64,000 nt of DNA from Chlorobiota bacterium (GCA_041596515.1 JBFHIJ010000013.1:4579-68578), one strand, 5' to 3'. Positions 29,557 to 39,783 are shown, numbered from the stretch's first letter. The notes: generated by a model not told the origin, from the sequence alone. A program made the numbers and translations.

Positions 29557-32500
29557 CTATTTTACAACAACCATTTTTTTCGTGAATGTTTTGCCTGCTA
29601 CGTGTAAACGGTAGTAATATACACCTGAGTTTAATTTAGCAGCGTTGATATCTATTCTATTTCTACCATACACCACTTTATTCAATAAAGTTTCAATTTT
29701 TTTACCGGACGCATCATATAATTCAACAATGACCGGCATTGCGATATCACATTCGAACTCTAAATGAGTCATTTGGCTAAATGGATTAGGATAGTTTTGA
29801 TATAATACAACACCAGCGTTATTATCTTCCTGCACTGAAATTGGGTCCTTAGTGTAGAAAGTGTATGATTTACTTAACTCGCCAATTCCATCTTCATCGC
29901 CTGATGCTACCTTCCAGTAATATTTAGAATCACTTGCAAGATTTTCTACGAAGCAACTTATATCAGAAACAACAGTATCTAAAATGATACCGTTAAATCC
30001 AGGCTGCGAAGCAATCTGCAGATTATATCTTGTTGCTCCTGCAGCTTCCTTCCAAAGGAATGTTACAGAAGTTTCTACTTCTTTCTGCATGTGTGCGGGG
30101 AACTCCAACTCAGGAGCTAAAGGAGCAGTAACAAATGACCATGCTTGAGTGAATTCTGTTTGACCACCTGCGCTATGAGCTTTTACTCTCCAGTAATAGG
30201 TCTTGCCTCCCTGTTCCATGCCATTAGCAAAATCAAAATCAGATTTTACTTCTTCACCTGTATATACGATATTCGTAAACTCTTCATCAGTTGCAACTTC
30301 TACAGTAAACATTGCTGCCGGATTATTAGCATCCCACTGAAGTTTAACGGATTCGGCTATTCCTTTGCTTCCGTTGTGAGGTTCAAGCAAAGTAGGCAAA
30401 TTTGGAGCAGAATGTAATTCAGTTACATACCCCTGATAGACACCGGTAGCATGTGTTCCTACAACAACCAGACCATCAGATTCTCTTGTATCGACCATGT
30501 TAATAACCACATTGCCAATAACATCAGGAGAGTCTTGCTGCCATACAGTGTAATACCCATTTAAATTAGAAGTAGAGTAGACACCCGTAGAAGTGGCCAA
30601 AAAGATTCGATTGCCACCATTTATAGGTAGATATTTAGCAAATAATGTAGCCGGACCATCTCCTCCTCCACTTTTGCCTTCTTCTAAGTTTCCACCTACA
30701 GGAATCCAGTTTTTACCACCATCTTCTGTATATAGTAGAGATTGCACTCTATAGTTTGAGTATACAATGATAGCTTTGTCCGCATCCGCAGGGTCTATTG
30801 CAATGCAACTAACATTTGAAGTTGCGTTACCGTCAGAGTATACAAGTTCCGGTTCCGGGTCACCAGCGTCAGCATTAGTAATCTTATATACCTCGCCATG
30901 GCTAGTACCATAGAATAATACATTGGCAGGACTTTTAGAGATTGCAACAGCAGAAATATTTGCCGCACCTTCTACTCTTGTGTAAGAAAGGCTGTCCCAG
31001 TTAATCATAGTCGGCTGATTTGAATTATCCATAGGGATCTCGTCTAAATTATTATTACGCCAAACTATTTTTCCGCCCGCTACATACATTTTTGCATTGT
31101 CATTAGGATCTAAAACAAAAGGAGTATTCCAAATAAAATCACGGCCTTCTGTAGGGTCAACTCTTCTTGTGGCTATAGTATCACCTTCGTCAGAAATATG
31201 TCTGCGCCATATTTTTATCTTCACAGGTTCGTTTGTATTGTTTGATGAGTAAATCACATTACCACCATCAGCCACCTGGCAGCAAAAACCATCACCCATT
31301 AAAGAAGGACGCCATGGCTTATGTTCATCTGTATCTACAGCATATAGAGTTCCGTTATCCTGCATGCCGCCGAGTAATAAATCTTTAGGATTATTTGCTG
31401 CATGGTCTATAGCAACAGAATAAAACTGAGTAGTATAGTAACCTGTATTCAAAGAAATCCAATCAAATATATCTTGAGTGTTATCAAGAACTTTATGTAT
31501 ACCTCCATCTTCGCCTGTAAACATAACATTCGGATTAGAAGGGAGGAATATTACTTCGTGCAAATCAGAGTGATGATTAGGGTATCTGTACCAGTACTCA
31601 CAATCTTCAAACGGGCAAACGCCACCAACAAGGACTGAATTATCAGTAGCAAATCCATCATTAGATCTATAAAGCGAAGTACCACCAATAAATACTACAT
31701 CCGGGTCGTTTGGTTTTACTTTGCATACTAAATTATATGACCCTTGAGGGTTAAACTGCATATGCCTTGATTCAGGTTTTGGGATATTTGCAGAGCGGTC
31801 TTCCCATATTCCACCGGTAGCAGAACCATCACCAGACTTATAAGTATATTTCCAGATTGAATTCCATAGAGAATCTCCGCGATAGTCAAACGTAAGTCTG
31901 CCACTGCCGGGAGTTTCTGCTAAGAAGTATACCTGATTTTCGTCAGAAGGAGCTATGCCGATGACTATTCTATTGTACTCGTCAGGCCAGTTATCAGGAG
32001 TAATATTAGTCCAATTATCACCATCTAATGAACGATAAATACCGGCAGCAGGAGAACCACTTGCAGCAGGACCTCTTTTGCCGAGCGCTGCATATTTTAC
32101 TCCGTTAGGTGAAACAGCTACTTCAGTAAAGTAACCATAGCTGTTGCCCCAGCCACCTAATACTAATTCCCACGATTCACCACCGTCAGTAGATTTTTGG
32201 ATACCACCAAGAGCAGTTGCACAGTATACCACGTCTTGATCAGCAACAGATGGGTCGGTTTCTACTCGCCAGATGTAATCAAACATATTATCCCATGATC
32301 CGCTAGTGCCACTCAATGTAGATTCTAACTGAGTCCATGATTGACCATTATCAGTAGATTTAAAGATACCATCTCCGATAAGATCAGCAGAGTTGCCCCA
32401 AAGCTCACCCGTTCCATAGTACCAGATGTTTTCTTTGCCTTCTCTCTTATCTTGTGAAATAGTCGATACAGATTGTAACTGATGCAATTTAGTGGTTCTG

Positions 32501-32937
32501 TTCCAAGTAGTACCACCGTCTGTAGATCGCCAGACACCGCCCGAAACTCCACCAGCCAAAATAATATTCTCATTTTTAACATCTAAAGCTAAAGCTCTTG
32601 TTCGCCCTCCGATGTAACGAGGTCCACGCACAGACCAATCTTCTGCCAGAAGTCTGTCGCTGTGTTCCTTAGAATTCAATGCACCCGGAAGAGTTTGAGC
32701 AAATTCGAGCGAACGTCTTCTGATTCCACTCGGTATTGCATTAGTTTTAGGATCTCTTAGACGCCAAAATTCGTAAAGAGCCCTTTCTTTAGGAGAAAAA
32801 TCCCCATCATACTCAGAGATTTTAATCTTTTCAGCATTTGTTTCGGTACTTTGATTGTTATCATTTCCTGAGAAGTAAAAAATGCCCGCAAGGCAGCAAG
32901 CAGCCACCAATATATAAGCCGGTACATATTTATACAT
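29557..32937 (-). CDS. Large secreted Asp-box (BNR/VPS10-like) beta-propeller protein with Fn3-like domains and T9SS CTD
   Basis: GGRTRALALD, repeated S/TxDGGxxW boxes, YYWRV/YYWKV modules and QNYPNPF..SGVYYYRL. Confidence 0.85.
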   Translation of the reverse strand: MYKYVPAYILVAACCLAGIFYFSGNDNNQSTETNAEKIKISEYDGDFSPKERALYEFWRLRDPKTNAIPSGIRRRSLEFAQTLPGALNSKEHSDRLLAEDWSVRGPRYIGGRTRALALDVKNENIILAGGVSGGVWRSTDGGTTWNRTTKLHQLQSVSTISQDKREGKENIWYYGTGELWGNSADLIGDGIFKSTDNGQSWTQLESTLSGTSGSWDNMFDYIWRVETDPSVADQDVVYCATALGGIQKSTDGGESWELVLGGWGNSYGYFTEVAVSPNGVKYAALGKRGPAASGSPAAGIYRSLDGDNWTNITPDNWPDEYNRIVIGIAPSDENQVYFLAETPGSGRLTFDYRGDSLWNSIWKYTYKSGDGSATGGIWEDRSANIPKPESRHMQFNPQGSYNLVCKVKPNDPDVVFIGGTSLYRSNDGFATDNSVLVGGVCPFEDCEYWYRYPNHHSDLHEVIFLPSNPNVMFTGEDGGIHKVLDNTQDIFDWISLNTGYYTTQFYSVAIDHAANNPKDLLLGGMQDNGTLYAVDTDEHKPWRPSLMGDGFCCQVADGGNVIYSSNNTNEPVKIKIWRRHISDEGDTIATRRVDPTEGRDFIWNTPFVLDPNDNAKMYVAGGKIVWRNNNLDEIPMDNSNQPTMINWDSLSYTRVEGAANISAVAISKSPANVLFYGTSHGEVYKITNADAGDPEPELVYSDGNATSNVSCIAIDPADADKAIIVYSNYRVQSLLYTEDGGKNWIPVGGNLEEGKSGGGDGPATLFAKYLPINGGNRIFLATSTGVYSTSNLNGYYTVWQQDSPDVIGNVVINMVDTRESDGLVVVGTHATGVYQGYVTELHSAPNLPTLLEPHNGSKGIAESVKLQWDANNPAAMFTVEVATDEEFTNIVYTGEEVKSDFDFANGMEQGGKTYYWRVKAHSAGGQTEFTQAWSFVTAPLAPELEFPAHMQKEVETSVTFLWKEAAGATRYNLQIASQPGFNGIILDTVVSDISCFVENLASDSKYYWKVASGDEDGIGELSKSYTFYTKDPISVQEDNNAGVVLYQNYPNPFSQMTHLEFECDIAMPVIVELYDASGKKIETLLNKVVYGRNRIDINAAKLNSGVYYYRLHVAGKTFTKKMVVVK

Positions 32938-32964
32938 AACAACACCCCTTTTGATTTATAAAAT

Positions 32965-33849
32965 TTATCTTCTCATACCTCTCATCTTGAAAAAAGTTTT
33001 TAGTGGAATGATATACGGCTCGCCCGTATGGATTTTTATTTCATCTACATTGCTTACCGTAAAAAGTTTACTAAGTTTAGATTCCTTTTCAATCCATGAC
33101 GCTTTAAAATGCTCCCTGAAAGAGCGGGAAGAAGTATCTGCCCATGATATTTTCCCTGTTTCGGCATCTTTTATATGCACCAAGCCCATGTTCGGTATTT
33201 CTTGCTCGCGAGGATCATACAACCTCACGGCAATAGTGTCATGTTTACGGGAAGCAATTTTTAGAGCTTTGGAGAAGTCATTAGACACGAAATCAGAAAG
33301 CAAAAATACAATGCTTTTTTTCTTAATTACATTGGTCATATATTCTAAAGCAAGACCTATGTCCGTGCCTTTGTTTTCCGGTTTAAATTCTATTAGTTCC
33401 CTAATTATTCTAAGCGTATGCGTTTTACCTTTTTTGGGAGGTATGAACTTTTCTATTTTATCACTAAAGAATATCACACCGATTTTATCATTATTCGATA
33501 TAGCAGAAAAAGATAATACTGCACTTAGTTCAGTGAGTAATTCTCTTTTGCTCTGCGTATTTGTTCCGAAATCCTGCGAACCGCTCACATCTACAAGAAG
33601 CATTACTGTCAGTTCGCGTTCCTCTTCGAACACTTTTACGTAAGGGTGGTTAAAGCGAGCAGTCACGTTCCAGTCGATAGTACGTATGTCGTCGCCCGGC
33701 ATATACTCTCTTACCTCAGAGAATGCCATACCACGTCCCTTAAAAGCACTATGATAGCCTCCCGAAAAAATATTTTTCGAGAGTCCTCTGGTATATATTT
33801 CTATTTTTCTAACTTTCTTTAAAAGATCAACTGTTTCCATTTTATCCAT
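32965..33849 (-). CDS. DUF58 domain protein
   Basis: FSEVREYMPGDDIRTIDWNVTAR, DVSGS and LSDF motifs. Confidence 0.93.
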   Translation of the reverse strand: MDKMETVDLLKKVRKIEIYTRGLSKNIFSGGYHSAFKGRGMAFSEVREYMPGDDIRTIDWNVTARFNHPYVKVFEEERELTVMLLVDVSGSQDFGTNTQSKRELLTELSAVLSFSAISNNDKIGVIFFSDKIEKFIPPKKGKTHTLRIIRELIEFKPENKGTDIGLALEYMTNVIKKKSIVFLLSDFVSNDFSKALKIASRKHDTIAVRLYDPREQEIPNMGLVHIKDAETGKISWADTSSRSFREHFKASWIEKESKLSKLFTVSNVDEIKIHTGEPYIIPLKTFFKMRGMRR

Positions 33850-33920
33850 CCTAATGTGTCGTCAGCCGATTTTATTGTTTATTTCTTTGTTTTGGAAGCT
33901 GAAATAGTTATTTTCTTTTA

Positions 33921-33959
33921 TCAGCCTGAAAGGCTGAGATACGTAGCCTTACAGGCTGA
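33921..33959. repeat. REP-like nested palindrome
   Basis: TCAGCCTGAAAGGCTGA followed by AGCCTTACAGGCTGA. It can fold as two small hairpins or one long hairpin. Confidence 0.55.
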
Positions 33960-34041
33960 ATATTATCCTGTATACAAAATCAATTACATTGATTTAAAAA
34001 TCGCTAACTAGTTTGCACGTTTTATTCTCACCATAATCTCT

Positions 34042-35028
34042 CTATGGCACTTCTACAGAGTTTAGCACTTCGTTAATAATGTCTTCTGATTGCACATTTT
34101 CTGCTTCAGCTTCATAAGTTATACCTATTCTGTGTCTCAATACATCATGACAGACTGCTCTGATATCTTCAGGTATAACGTAGCCTCTGCGCTTAATAAA
34201 AGCATAAGCTTTTGCTGCCATAGCCAACGCAATGGAGCCACGAGGAGATGCACCAAAGCTAATCCAGTTTTTAAGTTTGTCTAAGCCATATTGCTCAGGG
34301 AAGCGAGTTGCAAAGATAATATCAAGTATATATTTCTCAATTTTTTCATCTATATAAACATCTTTTACTACGGATCTGGCATTAATGATATCTTCCGGTT
34401 TAAGTATCTTTTCAACTTTCGGATAGTGTTGAGCTATATTTTGCCTTAGTATTAGGCGTTCGTCCTCTAAGTTCGGATAAGTAATAACCAATTTAAGCAT
34501 AAAACGGTCTACTTGTGCTTCCGGTAACGGATACGTACCTTCCTGCTCTATAGGATTTTGGGTAGCGAGCACTAAAAAAGGCTCTTCCATCTTGAAAGTT
34601 TTATCGCCTATAGTGACCTGCCTTTCCTGCATAGATTCGAGCAGGGCAGCCTGCACTTTTGCAGGAGCACGGTTTATCTCATCTGCTAGAATAAAGTTAG
34701 CAAAGATTGGCCCTTGCCTTATAGTAAATTCGTCTTTCTTTTGATTATATATTTGTGTACCTGTCAAGTCTGCAGGCAACAAATCAGGAGTAAACTGAAT
34801 ACGGCTAAATTTAGCATCAATAGCATGGGCAAGAGTGTTAATGGCTAAAGTTTTTGCAAGCCCGGGAACACCTTCTAATAGCACGTGCCCGTTAGAAAGT
34901 AGACCTATCAGAAGCCTTTCCACCATGTACTTTTGGCCGACAATCACTTTGCCGATTTCCATCATTAGCATATCTACAAAAGCACTTTCCTTTTGTATGC
35001 GCTCGTTAATTTCTCTGAGATCGTTCAT
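34042..35028 (-). CDS. moxR: MoxR family AAA+ ATPase
   Basis: LEGVPGLAKT, RIQFTPDLLPAD, LADEINRAPAKVQAALLE and ATQNPIEQEGTYPLPEAQVDRF motifs. Confidence 0.96.
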   Translation of the reverse strand: MNDLREINERIQKESAFVDMLMMEIGKVIVGQKYMVERLLIGLLSNGHVLLEGVPGLAKTLAINTLAHAIDAKFSRIQFTPDLLPADLTGTQIYNQKKDEFTIRQGPIFANFILADEINRAPAKVQAALLESMQERQVTIGDKTFKMEEPFLVLATQNPIEQEGTYPLPEAQVDRFMLKLVITYPNLEDERLILRQNIAQHYPKVEKILKPEDIINARSVVKDVYIDEKIEKYILDIIFATRFPEQYGLDKLKNWISFGASPRGSIALAMAAKAYAFIKRRGYVIPEDIRAVCHDVLRHRIGITYEAEAENVQSEDIINEVLNSVEVP

Positions 35029-35280
35029 TGTCCAATTCCGATTATATTATACCACAAAATGCATTGATTTATACGAATAAAAAAAACTAAAGTTTAGAAT
35101 TATTGTAAATAATAGCAAATATTTATTAACCCTAAATATATTAATTATCTAAGAGATATGCGAGTAAAAAATTGGACAGTTGGAAGAAATTTAGTGGAAT
35201 TGAAGTTTAGATAAATTATGATTTGATATTAAATTAGTTTGCTTTATATTCAGCTATTAGTCAATTATAAGTTATGATGT

Positions 35281-36909
35281 ATGAGAACACTACTTTTAGC
35301 ATTTATTTGTATGATGTTTTTGAGTATAGCTGCTGATGCGAAAGAAAAAAAATCAGTCTATTTTGAAAAGATCCCTAAGGCGTATTTAGAAAACAATAAA
35401 TCAACGAGAGTGGATGTACTAAAGTTTGCACCTACTCTTGAAAACTATAATACAATAGTAGGTTTAATTGAGAAAGGTGACACCAATAATATTTCATATC
35501 TGTGTTCAATTCTTGATTCAAATAAATCTATCGAAATGGTACCGGCAATCATGCGAATTGTAGATGACCATAGATTAGCATACACAACCTTTAGTATGTG
35601 GGATGGACCATCCGGTTCAGGCACATTTGAAGACGAGTACTATGTCTCAACTCTAATGATTGCTATTTTGGAAAAGATATACCAATTCAAATTGGTTTAT
35701 GATGAAGAGTATGAGACTATAAGAAAGGAATCTATGCCATATTTTGGTATTAGCGATGATAAGGGGAAACCAGTTGCTTCTGCATGGAAAAAGCTGTGGC
35801 ACACAGATGGTAGGAACTATAAAAACTGGGGAAAATAATTTTATAAAGAAAAACTGAAAGAATTGCAAAATTCAGATTATGTAGAAGATTATCAATTAAA
35901 TTTTATAGTAGATTCTCCTTATAGAAGAACAAAAGATACAACTATATGGAAAACATTACTTCCAAAAATTAAGAATGATGGTTTTTTATATTTAGAAACT
36001 GATGATATCTTCAAAGTTGAGACAATGGAGCAGTTAGAATACGTGATGTTTGATAAGCAAAGCTTTATTGACATGTTTAAGTATATATCTGATTCCAAAA
36101 GTATTTCCTTTGAAAAAATACAAAAAGCTTTACAGGTTTATGCTGATAATGAACAAGGGGAGATTATCACTGCTCTGCTGACCCATGAAGTAATCAAAAC
36201 TGCAATTATGGAAAATCCTGACAGAAGCTTTTTCACAGATTCTTATATCTTAGATAAAATAAAGGAGTATCGTAAAAATCCTACTAAAACTGATAAACTA
36301 TTTGATTTGCTTTATTTAGCTAACAGAGAGGACAATCCTCAATACTTTATAGCAATGTCTCAAATGAAATTTTCAGAAAAATTAAGCTACATCTTAGATA
36401 CCCTAAAAGATAAATTGCAGAATAGAGCCGGGATTAAACTAATAGAGTCAGCTACATACGAGGATTTGACGTTCATTTTTAAAAATACTTCAGATGTGTA
36501 CAAAATTTGTTTATCCAAAAGTGTATTTGAAACGCTTTCTTTTTCTATTGGGATTCCACTGTATAAATATAATCATAACGATATTCCTACTATACTTAGA
36601 ATTCTCGAAAGATACGATGAAGAGCTTCTGTATAAACGCTATGCAAAGCTACTTTACCCTAAACTATATAATGGTGATAAACTCAACTACGAGTATGTAG
36701 AAAAAGAGTTAAAATCTCCTTTTGCTTTGAAGTACGAATATAATGATGTTCTTGAGTTTTCGCCTGTCTTTACTCTTATGAGGGCCTTGGAGGTAGAACA
36801 CAATACTAGACTTGGCTATGAATACCAATTTAATAAATATCATCCTAAAAACGTTCAAAAACGTATTGATGCCTGGATAGAGTATTTAGAAAGTAAGGGT
36901 AAGTTATAG
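35281..36909 (+). pseudogene. Exported hypothetical protein interrupted by one in-frame TAA at 35836-35838 (ORFs 35281-35838 and 35863-36909 share a frame)
   Basis: Sequence reads TGG GGA AAA TAA TTT TAT AAA GAA AAA CTG AAA GAA TTG. The downstream part has only a TTG start and no clear SD. The N-terminal part has a signal peptide. Confidence 0.65.
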
Positions 36910-36914
36910 TAATA

Positions 36915-37262
36915 CTACACAATAAAGCATTTCCAAAGGCAGTCTTGAGCATCTGTAATAATATGAAGCACCAACCCAATGCCGACTATTCTTATTGTTT
37001 TATTAGGAATGAAAAGCATTGCAAAGTAGATGACTATAGCAAGATATGAGTGAAGAGGGTGGAAGCCTATGCTACATCTGCTCGGGTCAAATATAGGAGT
37101 AGCAAGTAAGTGGTCTAGGTCTATCAGCATTGTAGCAAGCATCAAAGCCCATACCTTTTTCCATTCATCACGAAAAAAGGCATAGGCTATAATGCCGGGA
37201 AAAACCAAATGTAAGAAATAGTGCACAGTGCTTTGTGCTATAAATATCAAATCTATGTCCAT
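36915..37262 (-). CDS. DUF6122-type small membrane protein
   Basis: TMLIDLDHLLATPIFDPSRCSIGFHPLHS motif. Confidence 0.82.
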   Translation of the reverse strand: MDIDLIFIAQSTVHYFLHLVFPGIIAYAFFRDEWKKVWALMLATMLIDLDHLLATPIFDPSRCSIGFHPLHSYLAIVIYFAMLFIPNKTIRIVGIGLVLHIITDAQDCLWKCFIV

Positions 37263-37273
37263 AATTCTTATTT

Positions 37274-39319
37274 TTACACTACATCCACAGATTCAATATC
37301 TGTACTGGATTGTAATTTATTGACAAATTGGTTTAATTGCGACAAATCCTTGACCTCTATACTTACTTTCATGCCAAACATATAGTCGTTTATATCTTTC
37401 CTTTGCATTGAGTTAATAGCTACTCCCATAGCAGACGAAACGTCTGTCAGTGCTTTTTGCATCAGGAAGTAGTTTTCACCAAATAGATTGACCACTGCCT
37501 GCTGAAGCGAAGCAGTAAGCTCCCATTCGGCAGGTTTGATGCGCTCAGGATCCATTTCCCCTAATTTATAATGCTTACATCTCTGTGCATGGATTTTTAT
37601 ATCTGATTTGCTTGTCACATAAGCAATAATTGCTTCACCCTTGATTGGGTTACAGCATTTCGCAAGTTTGGTGATTATCCCTACTTTATCTTCCACTTTT
37701 ATCTTTGGCGCTCTATTAAGCAGAGCCTGATTAGTAGACTTTTGCAATCCAAAATCATTAGATTTTGCGAATGCATCAGGATATAGTTTTCTTAGTAGAG
37801 TTTGGGTCAGTTTCAGTGATTTAATAGCTACTGCAGAGTAAAAGTCATCCATATTTTTAAAACCTACTTTTATTAGGTTTGTTTTAAACTTTGCATCCTC
37901 CGCATGACCTTCAAGTTTATTTTTGTAGCGCTTTTTGAATCTCTCCCAAAGTCGTTTGCCGTCTTCTAATATTTGAGCTTGCTCGTTTTTCTTTATCCAT
38001 AGTAATATTTTAGACCGGGCTTTGCTTGTTTGGCATAAATCTAACCAGTCTCTCGAAGGGGTCGCATTTGGATTTGTAATAACCTCAACCACATCTCCGG
38101 AATTTAAGGGAGTTTTAAGCTTTGCCAGCTTGCCGTTTATTTTAACGCCCACAAGCTTTTCACCGATATCAGTATGAATGCCGTAAGCAAAATCAATGGC
38201 AGTAGAGCCAAGCTTAAGCGACTTTACATCGCCTTTTGGAGTAAGCACATGTATATTATCAGTTTTCAAATCTGATTTCATAAGCTTCTGAAGCTCATAA
38301 GGATTTTGGAAATATTCATCATTTTCCAAAAACTCTTTCAATCGAAGTATCCATGTATCAGCAGATATGCCTTCTTTGTATGCCCAGTGAGCTGCGGAGC
38401 CGTACTCAGCTTCGCGGTGCATATCATCAGTCCTTATCTGAATTTCAAATCTGTCGCCACTTCTCGTTACAACTGTTGTCTGGATGGAGCGGTAACCATT
38501 CGCTTTTGGGAAAGTAATCCAATCACGAAATCTCTTTTCAATAGGAATCCAATTCCTATGCACAGCTCCTAAGGCAAGGTAACAGCTGTCTACATCTTTA
38601 AGTATAACTCGAAGAGCCATCAAATCATAAACATCTTCAATGGAAATATTCTGATTGATTAGCTTTAAATATATACTATAAAGTCTTTTAACTCTAAACT
38701 GGATTTTACCTTCTATGCTATGCTTTGCTAAAGTGATTTTAAGATTATTCTTCATATCCTCAAGCTTAGAGTTCAAATTTTCTCTGTGCTTTTCGATAGC
38801 ATTATCAAGTTTTTTAAATTCTTTTGGGTATAGATACTGAAAAGAGAGATCATCCATTTCAGTATAAATTTTTCTTATTCCTAACCTGTGAGCTATAGGA
38901 GAATATAGATATAAACACTCTTCAGCAATCTTTAGCAGATCAGAGCTTTCATTATCAATAGATTCTTTCAGAGCGATAAGCCTCTCGGAAAGTACTATAA
39001 AAATAAGATTCAAATCACTTACTAAGCCGATAAATTGCTTACGGAGTTGCAGTATTTGCTTTTTAGTATCAGGAAAAGAAATAGAAGATATACGTTTTAA
39101 TAGTTCTAGTTTCTTACCTGTTTCTTCGCCAAATTTATCAATAATGGATTGTTTTATCTCGTGATTGTCTATATCTGCATATATTAAAGAAGCCAAATTG
39201 GAATATTCGTCTGACCGAGTAACATTGTACACAAGTTCTTGTATCCGTTTAGCTTTATCTATACTGCCTTCATACATTGTAGAAAGAAAATCTAATGTTG
39301 CATTGGAAACTGCTTCCAT
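37274..39319 (-). CDS. Long RelA/SpoT homolog with degenerate HD hydrolase domain
   Basis: PIAHRLG, DLMALRV, EIQIRT, AAHWAYKEG, TGS (DFAYGIHT), AKCCNP and ACT domains. No HD motif. Confidence 0.92.
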   Translation of the reverse strand: MEAVSNATLDFLSTMYEGSIDKAKRIQELVYNVTRSDEYSNLASLIYADIDNHEIKQSIIDKFGEETGKKLELLKRISSISFPDTKKQILQLRKQFIGLVSDLNLIFIVLSERLIALKESIDNESSDLLKIAEECLYLYSPIAHRLGIRKIYTEMDDLSFQYLYPKEFKKLDNAIEKHRENLNSKLEDMKNNLKITLAKHSIEGKIQFRVKRLYSIYLKLINQNISIEDVYDLMALRVILKDVDSCYLALGAVHRNWIPIEKRFRDWITFPKANGYRSIQTTVVTRSGDRFEIQIRTDDMHREAEYGSAAHWAYKEGISADTWILRLKEFLENDEYFQNPYELQKLMKSDLKTDNIHVLTPKGDVKSLKLGSTAIDFAYGIHTDIGEKLVGVKINGKLAKLKTPLNSGDVVEVITNPNATPSRDWLDLCQTSKARSKILLWIKKNEQAQILEDGKRLWERFKKRYKNKLEGHAEDAKFKTNLIKVGFKNMDDFYSAVAIKSLKLTQTLLRKLYPDAFAKSNDFGLQKSTNQALLNRAPKIKVEDKVGIITKLAKCCNPIKGEAIIAYVTSKSDIKIHAQRCKHYKLGEMDPERIKPAEWELTASLQQAVVNLFGENYFLMQKALTDVSSAMGVAINSMQRKDINDYMFGMKVSIEVKDLSQLNQFVNKLQSSTDIESVDVV

Positions 39320-39489
39320 ATCCCACCTTTAAGAATATACTTCACCAACTACTGAAACGAAACAAATGAATGAGTAGTTTTGTAATTTAACCGAAAATCA
39401 GCAAATATAAAAGATGATAGAAAAAAAGTGCTGAGCGGAATGGCAAGCTTGTCAAACAGAATATATGTTTTGAGCAATTACAATAGCTT

Positions 39490-39552
39490 AGCCCCCGACA
39501 AAGGGTTTGGGTGGGTGCACAAAATAAATCAGCCCCTGACAAGGGGTTTGGG
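39490..39552. repeat. Pair of GC-rich 22-nt direct repeats, each a hairpin
   Basis: AGCCCCCGACAAAGGGTTTGGG (39490-39511) and AGCCCCTGACAAGGGGTTTGGG (39531-39552). Confidence 0.65.
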
Positions 39553-39560
39553 GTTAATAC

Positions 39561-39593
39561 AAAAAAAGCTAACCCTATACGGATTAGCTTTTT
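39561..39593 (-). terminator. Terminator of the tRNA-Asn cluster
   Basis: AAAAAGCTAACC/GGATTAGCTTTTT stem immediately 3' of the last tRNA. Confidence 0.7.
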
Positions 39594-39594
39594 G

Positions 39595-39668
39595 CTCCTG
39601 AGCACGGACTTGAACCGCGGACCCTCTGATTAACAGTCAGATGCTCTAACCAGCTGAGCTACTCAGGA
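39595..39668 (-). tRNA. tRNA-Asn(GTT), last of three copies in the transcript, no encoded CCA
   Basis: TCCTGAG acceptor stem, TAGCTCAGCTGGTTAGAGC D-arm, CTGTTAA anticodon loop, GGTTCAAGTCC T-arm. Confidence 0.97.
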
Positions 39669-39706
39669 ATAAACTTACACGAGGTAAGTATCAGTTCGAT
39701 TTTCAA

Positions 39707-39783
39707 TGGCTCCTGAGCACGGACTTGAACCGCGGACCCTCTGATTAACAGTCAGATGCTCTAACCAGCTGAGCTACTCAGGA
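39707..39783 (-). tRNA. tRNA-Asn(GTT), middle copy, with encoded CCA
   Basis: Identical 74-nt body followed by CCA. Confidence 0.97.

Noticed and set aside
32951-33643. 230-aa plus-strand ORF
   Set aside because: It is an antisense shadow of the well-conserved DUF58 gene and has no recognisable motifs.
35836-35838. Stop-codon reassignment as the explanation for the in-frame TAA
   Set aside because: TAA ends many conserved genes in the window at their expected C-termini (rpoD, lipA, topA, trpS).
39387-39605. 72-aa minus-strand ORF
   Set aside because: It starts inside a tRNA and runs through the terminator and the repeats.
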